Assembly: GCA_049570475.1 (NCBI GenBank)
Contig: CP186953.1
Coordinates: 960,001-1,024,000, forward strand
Reading direction: 5' to 3'
From: Candidatus Methanosuratincola verstraetei
Lineage (GTDB): Archaea; Thermoproteota; Methanomethylicia; Methanomethylicales; Methanomethylicaceae
Length of the DNA: 64,000 nt
Shown: one piece after another, positions 9,036-17,775 of the stretch
How the letters are laid out: every line of letters starts with the position of its first letter
How positions within the stretch are numbered: position 1 is the stretch's first letter
Translations under genes and position numbers: made by a program
Notes under the pieces: generated by a model
Told to the model about the DNA's origin: nothing
The model's input: only the letters and a program-made list of their open reading frames with translations
The model's database searches: none

Positions 9036-10179
9036 ACCTGGCAATGAAATACCCTGGCGTTTCGCTAACATCTGGGTCAAACCTGATGCACTCCTTGAGC
9101 CCTATCCCTTCCCCAGCCGCGTTCAGCTTGATTGGGGGCTCCTCAAGCTCAAGCCCGAGCTCCTCGACAGCGAACCTGACCGCCCCCTCATTTTCCTGGA
9201 TCGTCAGCGTGCACGTCGAGTACACAATTACGCCCCCGGGCTTCACGATCCTTGCGGCAGCCCTCAGGAACTGCTTTTGAAATACTGCTGATGAGAAGAC
9301 CTCCGCAGCAGTGGCCTCCTCGTAGAGTTTCGGCCGGACGCCGAGGGCGGTGCACGGGGGGTCGACGAGCACCCTGTCCGCCATCAGCGTTGGGCGGTCC
9401 CTGTCCAGATATCTTGAATCAGCCCTCTCGACCAAAATGGACCTGATCCCGAGGCGCTTGATCTCCTCGATCATCCTCGCTGCCCTCCTGGGGGAATGCT
9501 CGAAAGCGAAAACCCTCCCTCTTTCACGCTGTAGCTGCGCGATGTGAGTAGCCTTCCCTCCTGGCGCTGCACACATGTCAACAATTGTTTCCCCTGGCTG
9601 GGGATCCAGCACTCTCGAGGTGATTATCGCGGGGAGGCTCTGTTCCTGGATCTTCCCTTCTGAGAATAAAGTGGTCTCCCGTATCGGCGGCAGCCTGTAT
9701 ATGCTCTGGGACGTGGAAACGGCGATCCCATTGACGCCCCGCAATCCTGAATGTATATTGGAAATGCCTGACCCGACCAGGTGCCCGCGGGGGTCTTCGA
9801 TCCTTACGGTGTCGCCAACCTTGACCCTCTGCATCCTCATGATGCCAGGCATGTAGAGATTGCTTCCGAGCATGACGCTCTCAGCGGCGTGTTTCTTCGC
9901 GGTGATCGAATTCCCTGAGGGATCGATCTTGAACGGACCCTCGACAGATATCATTGCTGCCTCCCCGATCTGTTCATGGGCCATGCAGTCGACACCAATT
10001 GCCCTGAAGTAACTTACGACTTCATCCACGCTCCCCCTGAGGGTGTTGACCCTGACCGCATACCTGCTCGGCGGGGCGCTGAGCCTCTCCAGCACCCCCT
10101 GGAGCCTCGGACCATAAACCTCGGAAAGCAGTTCCAGAAGCCCCTCTGAATAGTGCTTCCCGCAAATCTTGCATTCCAA
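9019..10179 (-). CDS. RsmB/NOP2/NSUN6-type RNA m5C methyltransferase with PUA domain
   Basis: DMCAAPGGK, VLVDPPC, YSTCT; PUA segment AAESVMLGSNLYMPG. Confidence 0.92.
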   Translation of the reverse strand: MECKICGKHYSEGLLELLSEVYGPRLQGVLERLSAPPSRYAVRVNTLRGSVDEVVSYFRAIGVDCMAHEQIGEAAMISVEGPFKIDPSGNSITAKKHAAESVMLGSNLYMPGIMRMQRVKVGDTVRIEDPRGHLVGSGISNIHSGLRGVNGIAVSTSQSIYRLPPIRETTLFSEGKIQEQSLPAIITSRVLDPQPGETIVDMCAAPGGKATHIAQLQRERGRVFAFEHSPRRAARMIEEIKRLGIRSILVERADSRYLDRDRPTLMADRVLVDPPCTALGVRPKLYEEATAAEVFSSAVFQKQFLRAAARIVKPGGVIVYSTCTLTIQENEGAVRFAVEELGLELEEPPIKLNAAGEGIGLKECIRFDPDVSETPGYFIARFRRTR

Positions 10180-10248
10180 GGCCCTTCCCCGGCTATCCAG
10201 AGGAGAACAGTTATTTTAGTGTGCCTTCGATAAATCCCTGTGCAGCCT

Positions 10249-10689
10249 ATGCCGTTAGGAATCTTGTCAAGAAAAGAGGAAGGGTTCAGCGTAGAAAGGC
10301 TAATCTCGCTTGCAAAGTCGAGCCTGGGGGTAGGATCCTATGGTGCCCTAATTACCTTCATCGGGACAGTTAGAGGATCTACCCGCGGAGGATCGAGGGT
10401 GGTTCGACTGGAGTACGAGGCATACGAGGAGTCGGCAAAGGAATTGCTCCAGAGTATAGCCGAAGACATTTCAAAGATCGACGGGGTCAGGGACGTTTTC
10501 ATATGCCACAGGTATGGCACATTTGTACCGGGCGAAGAAGTTCTCTTTGTCGCGGTAGCCTCTGAGAGGAGCGACTCTGGTTTCGAGGCTGTGCGCCAGG
10601 CTGTCTACAGGGTTAAACATGAGGTGCCCATCTGGAAGAAGGAGATAACGGAAGACGGGGGATATTGGGTTGGGGCAGAGGGGGCTTAA
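10249..10689 (+). CDS. moaE: Molybdopterin synthase catalytic subunit
   Basis: GALITFIGTVR, LEYEAY, HRYG, KHEVPIWKKE. Confidence 0.93.
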   Translation: MPLGILSRKEEGFSVERLISLAKSSLGVGSYGALITFIGTVRGSTRGGSRVVRLEYEAYEESAKELLQSIAEDISKIDGVRDVFICHRYGTFVPGEEVLFVAVASERSDSGFEAVRQAVYRVKHEVPIWKKEITEDGGYWVGAEGA

Positions 10690-10760
10690 GCCCGGCGCAG
10701 CCAAGATGTTCCGATTCCCAACAGCATCTTTTTGAAGGTAGCCAGCGCCTATCTAGGCGC

Positions 10761-11936
10761 CTAAATCCTGATCCCAAGGATCCCTTCAACAGCGTCGAAA
10801 ACCCTCCAAGCCCCGGTGAAATCCTTCTCTTTCCCTTCCGCAATCTCCCAGGCCAGCCTCTCCGCGATAGTCAGAGCATCTCCAGTCCTCAGGTCATCGT
10901 CGAGGCTGCCGAAAAACATGTCTGCATAGTCCTTGACACATACGCTCATGCCTCCCTCGCCCCTGCCATTTCTGGCAATTTTTGCACCTTCTCTGAGTGT
11001 CTGCAGCCTCCTCTCGGCACCTTCCAGGCCATCTTCAGAGTACTCGATCTTCTCACGGTAGTGCCTTTGCAGGAGGAATGCCCTAAGCGTATCTCCGGAA
11101 AACTTTTCCAAGACGTCTCTTATGTATACGGGGCGCCCTGATGACTTTGACATCTTGTCACCGCCCATAAGGACGAAGTTGTTGTGAATCCAATACTTCA
11201 CGAAAACTTTCCCGAAAATCGCCTTTGAGAGCAGCGCTTCGCATTCATGATGCGGGTAGATGAGATCCATCCCTCCCCAATGGACGTCGAACTGGGATCC
11301 TAGCGAATCCGTGGACATCACCACGCACTGTATGTGCCAGCCGGGCCTCCCCCTGCCTAAGGGGGAATCCCATGTCTCCTCACCCTCCTTCCCCTGCCTC
11401 CAAAGCGTGAAGTCAAAAGGCCCCTTCTTCGACCCAGCCTCGATCTTGTCTGTGACTGCTTCCTCAACGTTCGAGATGAGCTCTCCGAAACCTCCTGCCT
11501 TCTGGACGTCGAAGTATATCGCGTTACCCGACCTGTATGCTAAACCTCGCTCAAGCAACCTCTCTATTGCCTCTGCAATCCTCGGGATAAACTCCGACAC
11601 CCTTGTGTAAACCGTTGCCCTCTTCACTCCGAGAGCGTCCATATCCTTGAAGTATTCTTGGATAAAGTAATCCGCGATCTCGCTCGGGGTCTTCCCTCGT
11701 GCAACTGCGCGCTCGGTTATCTTGTCGTCTATGTCCGTGAAATTCTGGACATGAATGAACTCGTAGCCGAGGGCTTCGAGGTATCTCCTGAAAACGTCGA
11801 AGTTTATGTATGTCCTGGCGTGCCCAATGTGGCAATAGTCGTATACCGTAGGTCCGCATATGTATGCCTTCACCTTTCCCGGCTCAGATGTGATCAATTC
11901 CTCTTTGTTTCCGCTCTTGGTATTGAATACCTGCAA
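10761..11936 (-). CDS. Cysteinyl-tRNA synthetase-like protein lacking the C-terminal anticodon-binding domain (391 aa)
   Basis: YICGPTVYDYCHIGHAR, QNFTDIDDKI, GRPGWHIQC, YPHHECE, KMSKS; ends DAVEGILGIRI*; TTG start after GGGGTGA RBS. Confidence 0.9.
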   Translation of the reverse strand: MQVFNTKSGNKEELITSEPGKVKAYICGPTVYDYCHIGHARTYINFDVFRRYLEALGYEFIHVQNFTDIDDKITERAVARGKTPSEIADYFIQEYFKDMDALGVKRATVYTRVSEFIPRIAEAIERLLERGLAYRSGNAIYFDVQKAGGFGELISNVEEAVTDKIEAGSKKGPFDFTLWRQGKEGEETWDSPLGRGRPGWHIQCVVMSTDSLGSQFDVHWGGMDLIYPHHECEALLSKAIFGKVFVKYWIHNNFVLMGGDKMSKSSGRPVYIRDVLEKFSGDTLRAFLLQRHYREKIEYSEDGLEGAERRLQTLREGAKIARNGRGEGGMSVCVKDYADMFFGSLDDDLRTGDALTIAERLAWEIAEGKEKDFTGAWRVFDAVEGILGIRI

Positions 11937-11940
11937 GTCA

Positions 11941-12726
11941 TCACCCCAACTCAAGTCCAGCGAAAGCGACTGCCCTGCAGCGATCTATCTTCAGCGGGGC
12001 GCCCAGATATAGCCTGCTGATCCTCTCCTCGTATTTCAGGGGCTTGATCCCTTCCTCCAGAACCACTGCCTTGGCATTCGGTCCAGCCAACACCAGCGCG
12101 CCGATAAGGAGCTCATTTCCAGTCCCGGTCTTGCCTGAGATCACAGGTCCGACTGATGGCTCAACAGGATCCCTCCTGACTATGGCGAATCCATCGCCCC
12201 CTTCAGGCTTCAGGACCATCCCTCTCTTCGCCAGCTCTTTGATAACCTTGCGCCTCTCATAGCCGAAGCATTCTTGATCCATCCGAATCATCGATTCGTC
12301 CAATTCAGTCCCAATGACAGATCCCGTTCTCCCCTGGATCCTGTCCCGATCCTTCAGTGAAACAAGATAAGCCTCAATGTCGATCTTGAACTCGTTTGCT
12401 TCATAGAAGCCTGTCGATCGTTCGTAGGAAAATAGTGCAACCGTTTTTTTTCCTTTGAGCAGCCTTTTGCATTCTGAGAGTATCTCCCCGCCAATGCCGT
12501 GCCCCCTCTCCTTGGGCCTTACAAGCAGGTTTGAGATCCATCCTGTGTCCCCATAGTCAAATACCGTGACCATTCCTATCATTTCGCCCTGATTGGCTGC
12601 AACAAATGTCTTCCCGCCAACTAGGCTGAACCAATGGAAGTCGTCCTCGGTGTAATTCCACCCCTCCTTTTCCGTCATTAGGACGAGCTCCGGGAAATCC
12701 TTCGGCTCAGCTTCCCTGATCTCCAT
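11941..12726 (-). CDS. Tandem GNAT N-acetyltransferase (YitH-like)
   Basis: EGWN, ISNLLVRPKERGHGIG acetyl-CoA loop, GFYE; second domain MDQECFGYERR...SVGPVIS. Confidence 0.85.
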   Translation of the reverse strand: MEIREAEPKDFPELVLMTEKEGWNYTEDDFHWFSLVGGKTFVAANQGEMIGMVTVFDYGDTGWISNLLVRPKERGHGIGGEILSECKRLLKGKKTVALFSYERSTGFYEANEFKIDIEAYLVSLKDRDRIQGRTGSVIGTELDESMIRMDQECFGYERRKVIKELAKRGMVLKPEGGDGFAIVRRDPVEPSVGPVISGKTGTGNELLIGALVLAGPNAKAVVLEEGIKPLKYEERISRLYLGAPLKIDRCRAVAFAGLELG

Positions 12727-12877
12727 CGTTGTCAGATCCCTTGCCCTTGTAGATCTCGTCGCAAATGTGCTCCCCGTGCGTGATGAACTTTTTGTCTCCA
12801 CGCGCGTGCTTTACACTGCATGGGCCATAGTCATCGTCCTCTGCGCCGTACCACTTCTCGCACGACTTGCAACGCAT
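12707..12877 (-). CDS. Small Cys4 (putative Zn-binding) protein, 56 aa, absent from the ORF track
   Basis: Manual translation MRCKSCEKWYGAEDDDYGPCSVKHARGDKKFITHGEHICDEIYKGKGSDNDGDQGS*; fills the gap between the glutaredoxin and GNAT genes. Confidence 0.7.
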   Translation of the reverse strand: MRCKSCEKWYGAEDDDYGPCSVKHARGDKKFITHGEHICDEIYKGKGSDNDGDQGS

Positions 12878-12895
12878 GGCTATTTACGCTCTCCT

Positions 12896-13183
12896 TTACT
12901 CCGGCCTCCCCGCAGCAATCCAATTTTCAATTCCTTCCCTCACTATCCTTTCAACCAGGGTCTCCTCCTCCTTTATGAGGACATCCCCGAGCTTGATTAC
13001 AGGGGTCTTATCGCAGTCGAGCATGAGAAGCTCTGCCATCGCCTCAGAGTCTTTTTCTGTGTCCTTCTCCTCGACGAGGTCTTCATACTCGAGACCCATC
13101 GTGACTAAAACCCGGCTCAGGATGAACTTGGCGATCGGGCATCTCGTGCAAGAAGGAGACTTGTAGAGCTTGATCTTGCCCAT
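12896..13183 (-). CDS. Glutaredoxin/thioredoxin-fold protein
   Basis: IKLYKSPSCTRCP (CxxC) and cis-Pro loop KTPVI; 95 aa. Confidence 0.85.
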   Translation of the reverse strand: MGKIKLYKSPSCTRCPIAKFILSRVLVTMGLEYEDLVEEKDTEKDSEAMAELLMLDCDKTPVIKLGDVLIKEEETLVERIVREGIENWIAAGRPE

Positions 13184-13249
13184 CTTCTCACCGCATTTTC
13201 CATCTTGCATAAGTGGTTTATCTAGGCTGCGCAAGAAATCCATTGCATA

Positions 13250-13906
13250 CTACCTGTAAATCGATGCCCTCATCGGGCACCTCCTTATAAACTCCTTCTC
13301 AACCTCGATCCTAAGCTTCTCGTCCAGCTCCTGCTGTGCTTTGGATATACCCCTCAGATCGGGGTGCTGCAGGAAGGGCCCTCCCAAGATCCCTCCTGCC
13401 TCAGAATCTATCCTTTCTAAAGGTACGGGGTCGCTCTCTAGGATCTTTCCGATGATCCTCTGCACGCCCTCGGTAACGAAGTTTTCCTTTGATATCTTCT
13501 CGAACAGTTCTGGCGGGACAGGTCTAAAGCCAAAATGGTAGCCTGATCCGATTGACGCGCCTAGGTTACCCGGCTCAAATCGGGTCCCAAAGCCAATGTT
13601 CTCAGAAGGGCTAATCATCATAGTCTTGATCCTATACCCAATATCCGGACCGATGACTATTGCATTCCCTCTCAGGTCTGAGGCCATGTGCCATCCAATC
13701 GGCTTCTTGTTGTACTTCTCAATGATCTCCCTGAGAATCTCTTCAGCTGCGAGCATCTCTGGCATATTGCCCCAACAGGGTATCGCAGAATCGGGATAAT
13801 AACATTTTTGCATCATTTTAACATTAGGCTTGAATGCCAATGGATCGCATCTGGGATTTTGGGATGGGTCGTTGGTGTCGCCTTTCCAATAGAATTTAAT
13901 GTACAT
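13250..13906 (-). CDS. Hypothetical protein (218 aa)
   Basis: Long ATG-initiated ORF filling an intergenic gap; no family recognised. Confidence 0.65.
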   Translation of the reverse strand: MYIKFYWKGDTNDPSQNPRCDPLAFKPNVKMMQKCYYPDSAIPCWGNMPEMLAAEEILREIIEKYNKKPIGWHMASDLRGNAIVIGPDIGYRIKTMMISPSENIGFGTRFEPGNLGASIGSGYHFGFRPVPPELFEKISKENFVTEGVQRIIGKILESDPVPLERIDSEAGGILGGPFLQHPDLRGISKAQQELDEKLRIEVEKEFIRRCPMRASIYR

Positions 13907-13977
13907 TTTAGTACAATTATGTTTATATATTTCTATAAAAAACCATTTCGGTACATATTGATGTGGTGAAGCGGCCC

Positions 13978-14061
13978 TTGGATGGTGTGCTCATAATACT
14001 CACAGTTGGCGGGGCGGTCTTGGCAGCAGTGAATTTCTTTTTCAGCATAAGGGAGAGGTGA
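13978..14061 (+). CDS. Putative single-TM accessory peptide of the symporter (27 aa)
   Basis: MDGVLIILTVGGAVLAAVNFFFSIRER*; stop overlaps the symporter start (GTGA). Confidence 0.55.
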   Translation: MDGVLIILTVGGAVLAAVNFFFSIRER

Positions 14062-15533
14062 CTAGTACGGATCTCTTGCCGATAGCAGTCATCTTTGCAT
14101 ACGTCACATTGATCCTTGTTATCGCGGCTATTGGGGGTAGGAAGAACAAGGCTGTAGTGGATTTCCTTCTTTCCAACAGAAGCCTTGGGCCCGTACTGCT
14201 GGCTTTCTCCTACACAACGACTTATTTCAGCTCTGCCGCTTTCCTGGGGGGCGGAGGGATGGGCTTTCTCCTTGGGTTCCAGTGGAGCGCCTTTCTCTTC
14301 TTTTTCCATGTCCTCTTTGCGGTATTGGCATGGGCGATCATTGCACCTAAAATAAAGCAATTTGCCGATCTCTCCGGATCGATGACCGTATCAGAGTTCT
14401 TGGGCAGAAGGTACTCCTCGAGGGCTCTTCAGCTCGTCTCTGCTCTGGTGTTTATTTTTTTCATGGAGTTTTATTTGATATCGATATTCAAGGGCGCAGG
14501 CAACATTCTCCAGGTGCTTCTCGAGATTCCCTACTCCCAAGCCCTTCTGATAGTAGCGGTTCCTGCGCTCCTTTACGCGAGTATCGGGGGTTTCAGGGGG
14601 AATGTAGCGGTCAGCCTTCTCCAGGGCGTCTTGATGATTTCGTCGGCCCTTGTCCTGATTGGCGGGATCCTTCTTCGGACTGGCGGCTGGGATGCGGCTC
14701 TCTCGCTTTTGAATGAGGTCCGTCTCAGTGGGTGGGGGAATGGGATCTCTCTGCTCTCTTTCCCAGGACCGGCGCCTTCTGCAGTTTCCGCAGCGGGGGC
14801 CACAATCCCATACATACTCTCGCTTACATTTGCGATAAGTTTCGCTCAGATGACCAGCCCGCACATGGTCGTGCAGTTTTACAGCGCGCGGGGCGCCTCT
14901 GTCATCAGGTTGGGGAGGGCGATAGCCCCGATCCTGATCGCAGTCTTCGCCTTTGCCGTGTTCTTCTCCGGTCCCTTTGGGTGGGCAGTCATCTCTGACC
15001 CAGCCGTGCTCCGACAGTGTCTTTCTAACCCAGACCTTGTCGTACCCTCCATCGCAGTTTCAATATTCGGCACCGGGTTCGGGTCGTTCCTGCTAGTGTC
15101 AATACTCGCCGCCGCGATGTCCACTCTTGCACCCATATGCATAATGCTCTCCGGATCGTTGCTAAGGGATGTGGTATCCGCAGCAAGTCCGAAAGCAAGC
15201 GAACGCGTGCTCGCCCTCAGGCTGGCGACCATCCTGTTCGGGGTCGTTCCGCTTCTGCTCGCTCTCAATCCCCCTGACGTTATCGTCGGGATTGTAGGCG
15301 TGGCATTCTCAGCAATCTCCTCTGCCTTCTTTGCCCCGCTGATCGGGGGGCTGTACTTGAAAAGGATCTCGCGGCTAGGCGCAACAGCCTCCGTTATCTC
15401 GGCTGCATTGACATGCGTGATCTGGCAGCTATGCTTCTATTCCAACTCATTCGTGTACCCTATAATCCCGGGGATCTTGATCGGCACATTAGTGTATTTG
15501 GCTTTCATTGTGAAGGTGATTAGGAATGGATGA
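14058..15533 (+). CDS. Sodium:solute symporter (SSS/PutP-PanF family)
   Basis: DFLLSNRSLGP, TTYFSSAAFLGGGG, EFLGRRY, ILAAAMST; about 13 TM. Confidence 0.92.
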   Translation: MTSTDLLPIAVIFAYVTLILVIAAIGGRKNKAVVDFLLSNRSLGPVLLAFSYTTTYFSSAAFLGGGGMGFLLGFQWSAFLFFFHVLFAVLAWAIIAPKIKQFADLSGSMTVSEFLGRRYSSRALQLVSALVFIFFMEFYLISIFKGAGNILQVLLEIPYSQALLIVAVPALLYASIGGFRGNVAVSLLQGVLMISSALVLIGGILLRTGGWDAALSLLNEVRLSGWGNGISLLSFPGPAPSAVSAAGATIPYILSLTFAISFAQMTSPHMVVQFYSARGASVIRLGRAIAPILIAVFAFAVFFSGPFGWAVISDPAVLRQCLSNPDLVVPSIAVSIFGTGFGSFLLVSILAAAMSTLAPICIMLSGSLLRDVVSAASPKASERVLALRLATILFGVVPLLLALNPPDVIVGIVGVAFSAISSAFFAPLIGGLYLKRISRLGATASVISAALTCVIWQLCFYSNSFVYPIIPGILIGTLVYLAFIVKVIRNG

Positions 15534-16830
15534 AATGTGGAACCGTCGCTTGGAGTCGCTTGACAGAGAATCCATCAAAAAGATCCAGCTGGAGAGGCTG
15601 AAGCTGACAGTTAGGCGTCTGTACGAAAATGTTCCCTTCTACCGCTCTGCATTCAAGAGTAGGGGGGTGTCCCCAGATGATATAAGATCTCTTGACGATC
15701 TGAAGAGGCTCCCCATGGTCTCGAAGCATGATCTGCGGGAGAACTACCCTTTTGGCCTCCTCGCAGTGCCTAGGGAGGAATGCGTCAGGGTACACGCCTC
15801 TTCAGGGACGACAGGAAAGCCAACCCTCGTGCTATACACCCGCGAGGACTTGCAGAACTGGACTGAGATTATGTGCAGGTGCCTTTACATGAGCGGTCTG
15901 AGGCGAGGTGATGTATTCCAGGTTACGCCCGGTTATGGGCTATTTACGGGAGGCCTCGGTTTCCATTATGGGGGAGAGGCGATAGGGGCGACTGTCGTCC
16001 CAACAGGTACAGGGAACACCGAGAGGCAGATAAACCTCATGCGGGACCTCGGCACAACGATGATCGCCGGAATCGCGAGCTACGCCCTCCACATCGCAGA
16101 GGTCGCGTCAGAGATGGGGGTCGATGTAAAGAAGGATCTTCAGGTCAGGAAAGGGATATTCGGCGCCGAGGCCTGGAGCGACTCGATGATGAAGAAGATC
16201 TCGGATGTCTGGGACATGGACTGCCACGACATATACGGGATGTCCGAGATGTACGGCCCAGGGGTGGGGTGCAACTGCTCTCACGGCGAGGGGCTGCACA
16301 TATGGGAAGATCACTTCATCGTCGAGATCATAGATCCCTCCACCGGAGAGCCTCTGGGCCCAGAGGAGGAGGGGGAAGTTGTCCTGACCTCGCTGACCAA
16401 GACCGCAATGCCAATGCTGAGGTTTAGGACCCGGGACATGTCCAAGCTGTTGGATACAAACGGGTGCGAATGCGGGAGGACCCACCAGCGGATAGCGCGC
16501 ATCAAAGGGAGGTGCGATGACGCGTTCTCGATCAACGGGGTGAAGGTATTCCCGGGCCAGGTCGAATACGTCTTGATGAAATACCCCGAGGTGGGGATGA
16601 ACTACCAGCTCGTCGTAGAGAAGGCAGGCGCGCTAGATCAGCTGACAGTCCTTGTTGAGGCAAACTGCAAAAGCCCGCAAGACGATTCCGCAAAGTCGCT
16701 GGAAAAGGTGCTATTCAGGGATCTCAGAACGATCTTGGGCTTCCAGCCCACGGTGAGGGTCCTGCCGCCTATGTCGATCGAAAGGCGAGATGGCAAGGCC
16801 AGGCGTGTCTTGGACCTGAGGATGAAGTGA
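15526..16830 (+). CDS. paaK: Phenylacetate--CoA ligase family protein
   Basis: HASSGTTGKP, YGLFTGGLG, DIYGMSEMYGPG, GRCDD. Confidence 0.92.
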   Translation: MDEMWNRRLESLDRESIKKIQLERLKLTVRRLYENVPFYRSAFKSRGVSPDDIRSLDDLKRLPMVSKHDLRENYPFGLLAVPREECVRVHASSGTTGKPTLVLYTREDLQNWTEIMCRCLYMSGLRRGDVFQVTPGYGLFTGGLGFHYGGEAIGATVVPTGTGNTERQINLMRDLGTTMIAGIASYALHIAEVASEMGVDVKKDLQVRKGIFGAEAWSDSMMKKISDVWDMDCHDIYGMSEMYGPGVGCNCSHGEGLHIWEDHFIVEIIDPSTGEPLGPEEEGEVVLTSLTKTAMPMLRFRTRDMSKLLDTNGCECGRTHQRIARIKGRCDDAFSINGVKVFPGQVEYVLMKYPEVGMNYQLVVEKAGALDQLTVLVEANCKSPQDDSAKSLEKVLFRDLRTILGFQPTVRVLPPMSIERRDGKARRVLDLRMK

Positions 16831-16853
16831 TCAGGCGCCCTGGTTTCTTAGTT

Positions 16854-17370
16854 TTAAACCCCTTTCGTGAGAGCTGCACTAGAGGCAAATACACTCCACC
16901 TCTGCTGCAGACCCTCTAGCGCATACCCACTCCAGCCGACCTCCTTCCGCAACGGCCCGCCGAGGAAAAAGATATAGGCGAATGCGAAGGGAATCATCAA
17001 AAGGTTTGAGGGTGCCGCAAGCTCCGGCGTAGGGTCCCCTGTAATCACCGCCATCAGCAGCACACCACCAATGATCGCAGGCGCAATGATGAATGCTGGA
17101 ATATACCAGAGCCCTATCCTGTATCTCGAAATCTTCCTTAGAAGTGACGCAACCCTCTCCTTCCCACCTTCCACATATGTCAAAACTGAGGCAGCAACCA
17201 AAGGTCCGAATGTAGCCTGGTTGTAGGGGCTGAAGAGGGAATCGTTCAACCAGGTTACCACCTCAAATATTCCTGTCGAGATTAGCGCTTGGGAGATCCA
17301 AAACAACCAGGAAAACGCGAAAGCATCAGGAAATAGATTGTTAGGTTCCGCCGACTTATCGAATAACTTT
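16854..17370 (-). pseudogene. Degraded CPBP (CAAX/Abi) intramembrane protease
   Basis: GGPLRKEVGWSGYAL is a degenerate GPLxEExGWRGYAL; truncated shortly after; N-terminal frameshift near 17320. Confidence 0.7.
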
Positions 17371-17521
17371 GCAAAGCAACCAGCTCAAAAATACTTTCCT
17401 TTGATTTTGATTTAAAATTTTCCTTCGCTCAGGAAAGCAGCAACACTCGAGGAAGGAGAGATCGAAAGCATGAATGAAAAATTGCAGAGGCATCCGATTA
17501 TTATGGACTCAGATGTTATGT

Positions 17522-17642
17522 TGGTGCGGGGAGTGGGATTCGAACCCACGAAGGCCTTCGCCATAGGAGCTTCCTGGGCGATCGGGACGGACCCGCCCCG
17601 CCACTCAGTCCTACCCCTTTGACCTGGCTTGGGAATCCCCGC
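17522..17642 (-). tRNA. tRNA-Leu(GAG) with 33-nt intron (17571-17603)
   Basis: Cloverleaf with long variable arm; 3' half identical to tRNA-Leu(TAG) at 31751; CCA encoded. Confidence 0.9.
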
Positions 17643-17775
17643 TCGTCAAGATTAAGGCGCAAACACTTTTTTAACCTTATCGGAACTGCCTGTGCGAACC
17701 ACACCTTGGAGGGGTGCCCCTTCCAATTCTAAATTTAAATACCTCTTCGCCCCCCTTATGAAGCGTGCCGTTGTG

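Noticed and set aside
10613-10843. Possible frameshifted anticodon domain for the CysRS-like gene
   Set aside because: The alternative minus-strand ORF shows no resemblance to the CysRS C-terminal domain and runs into moaE
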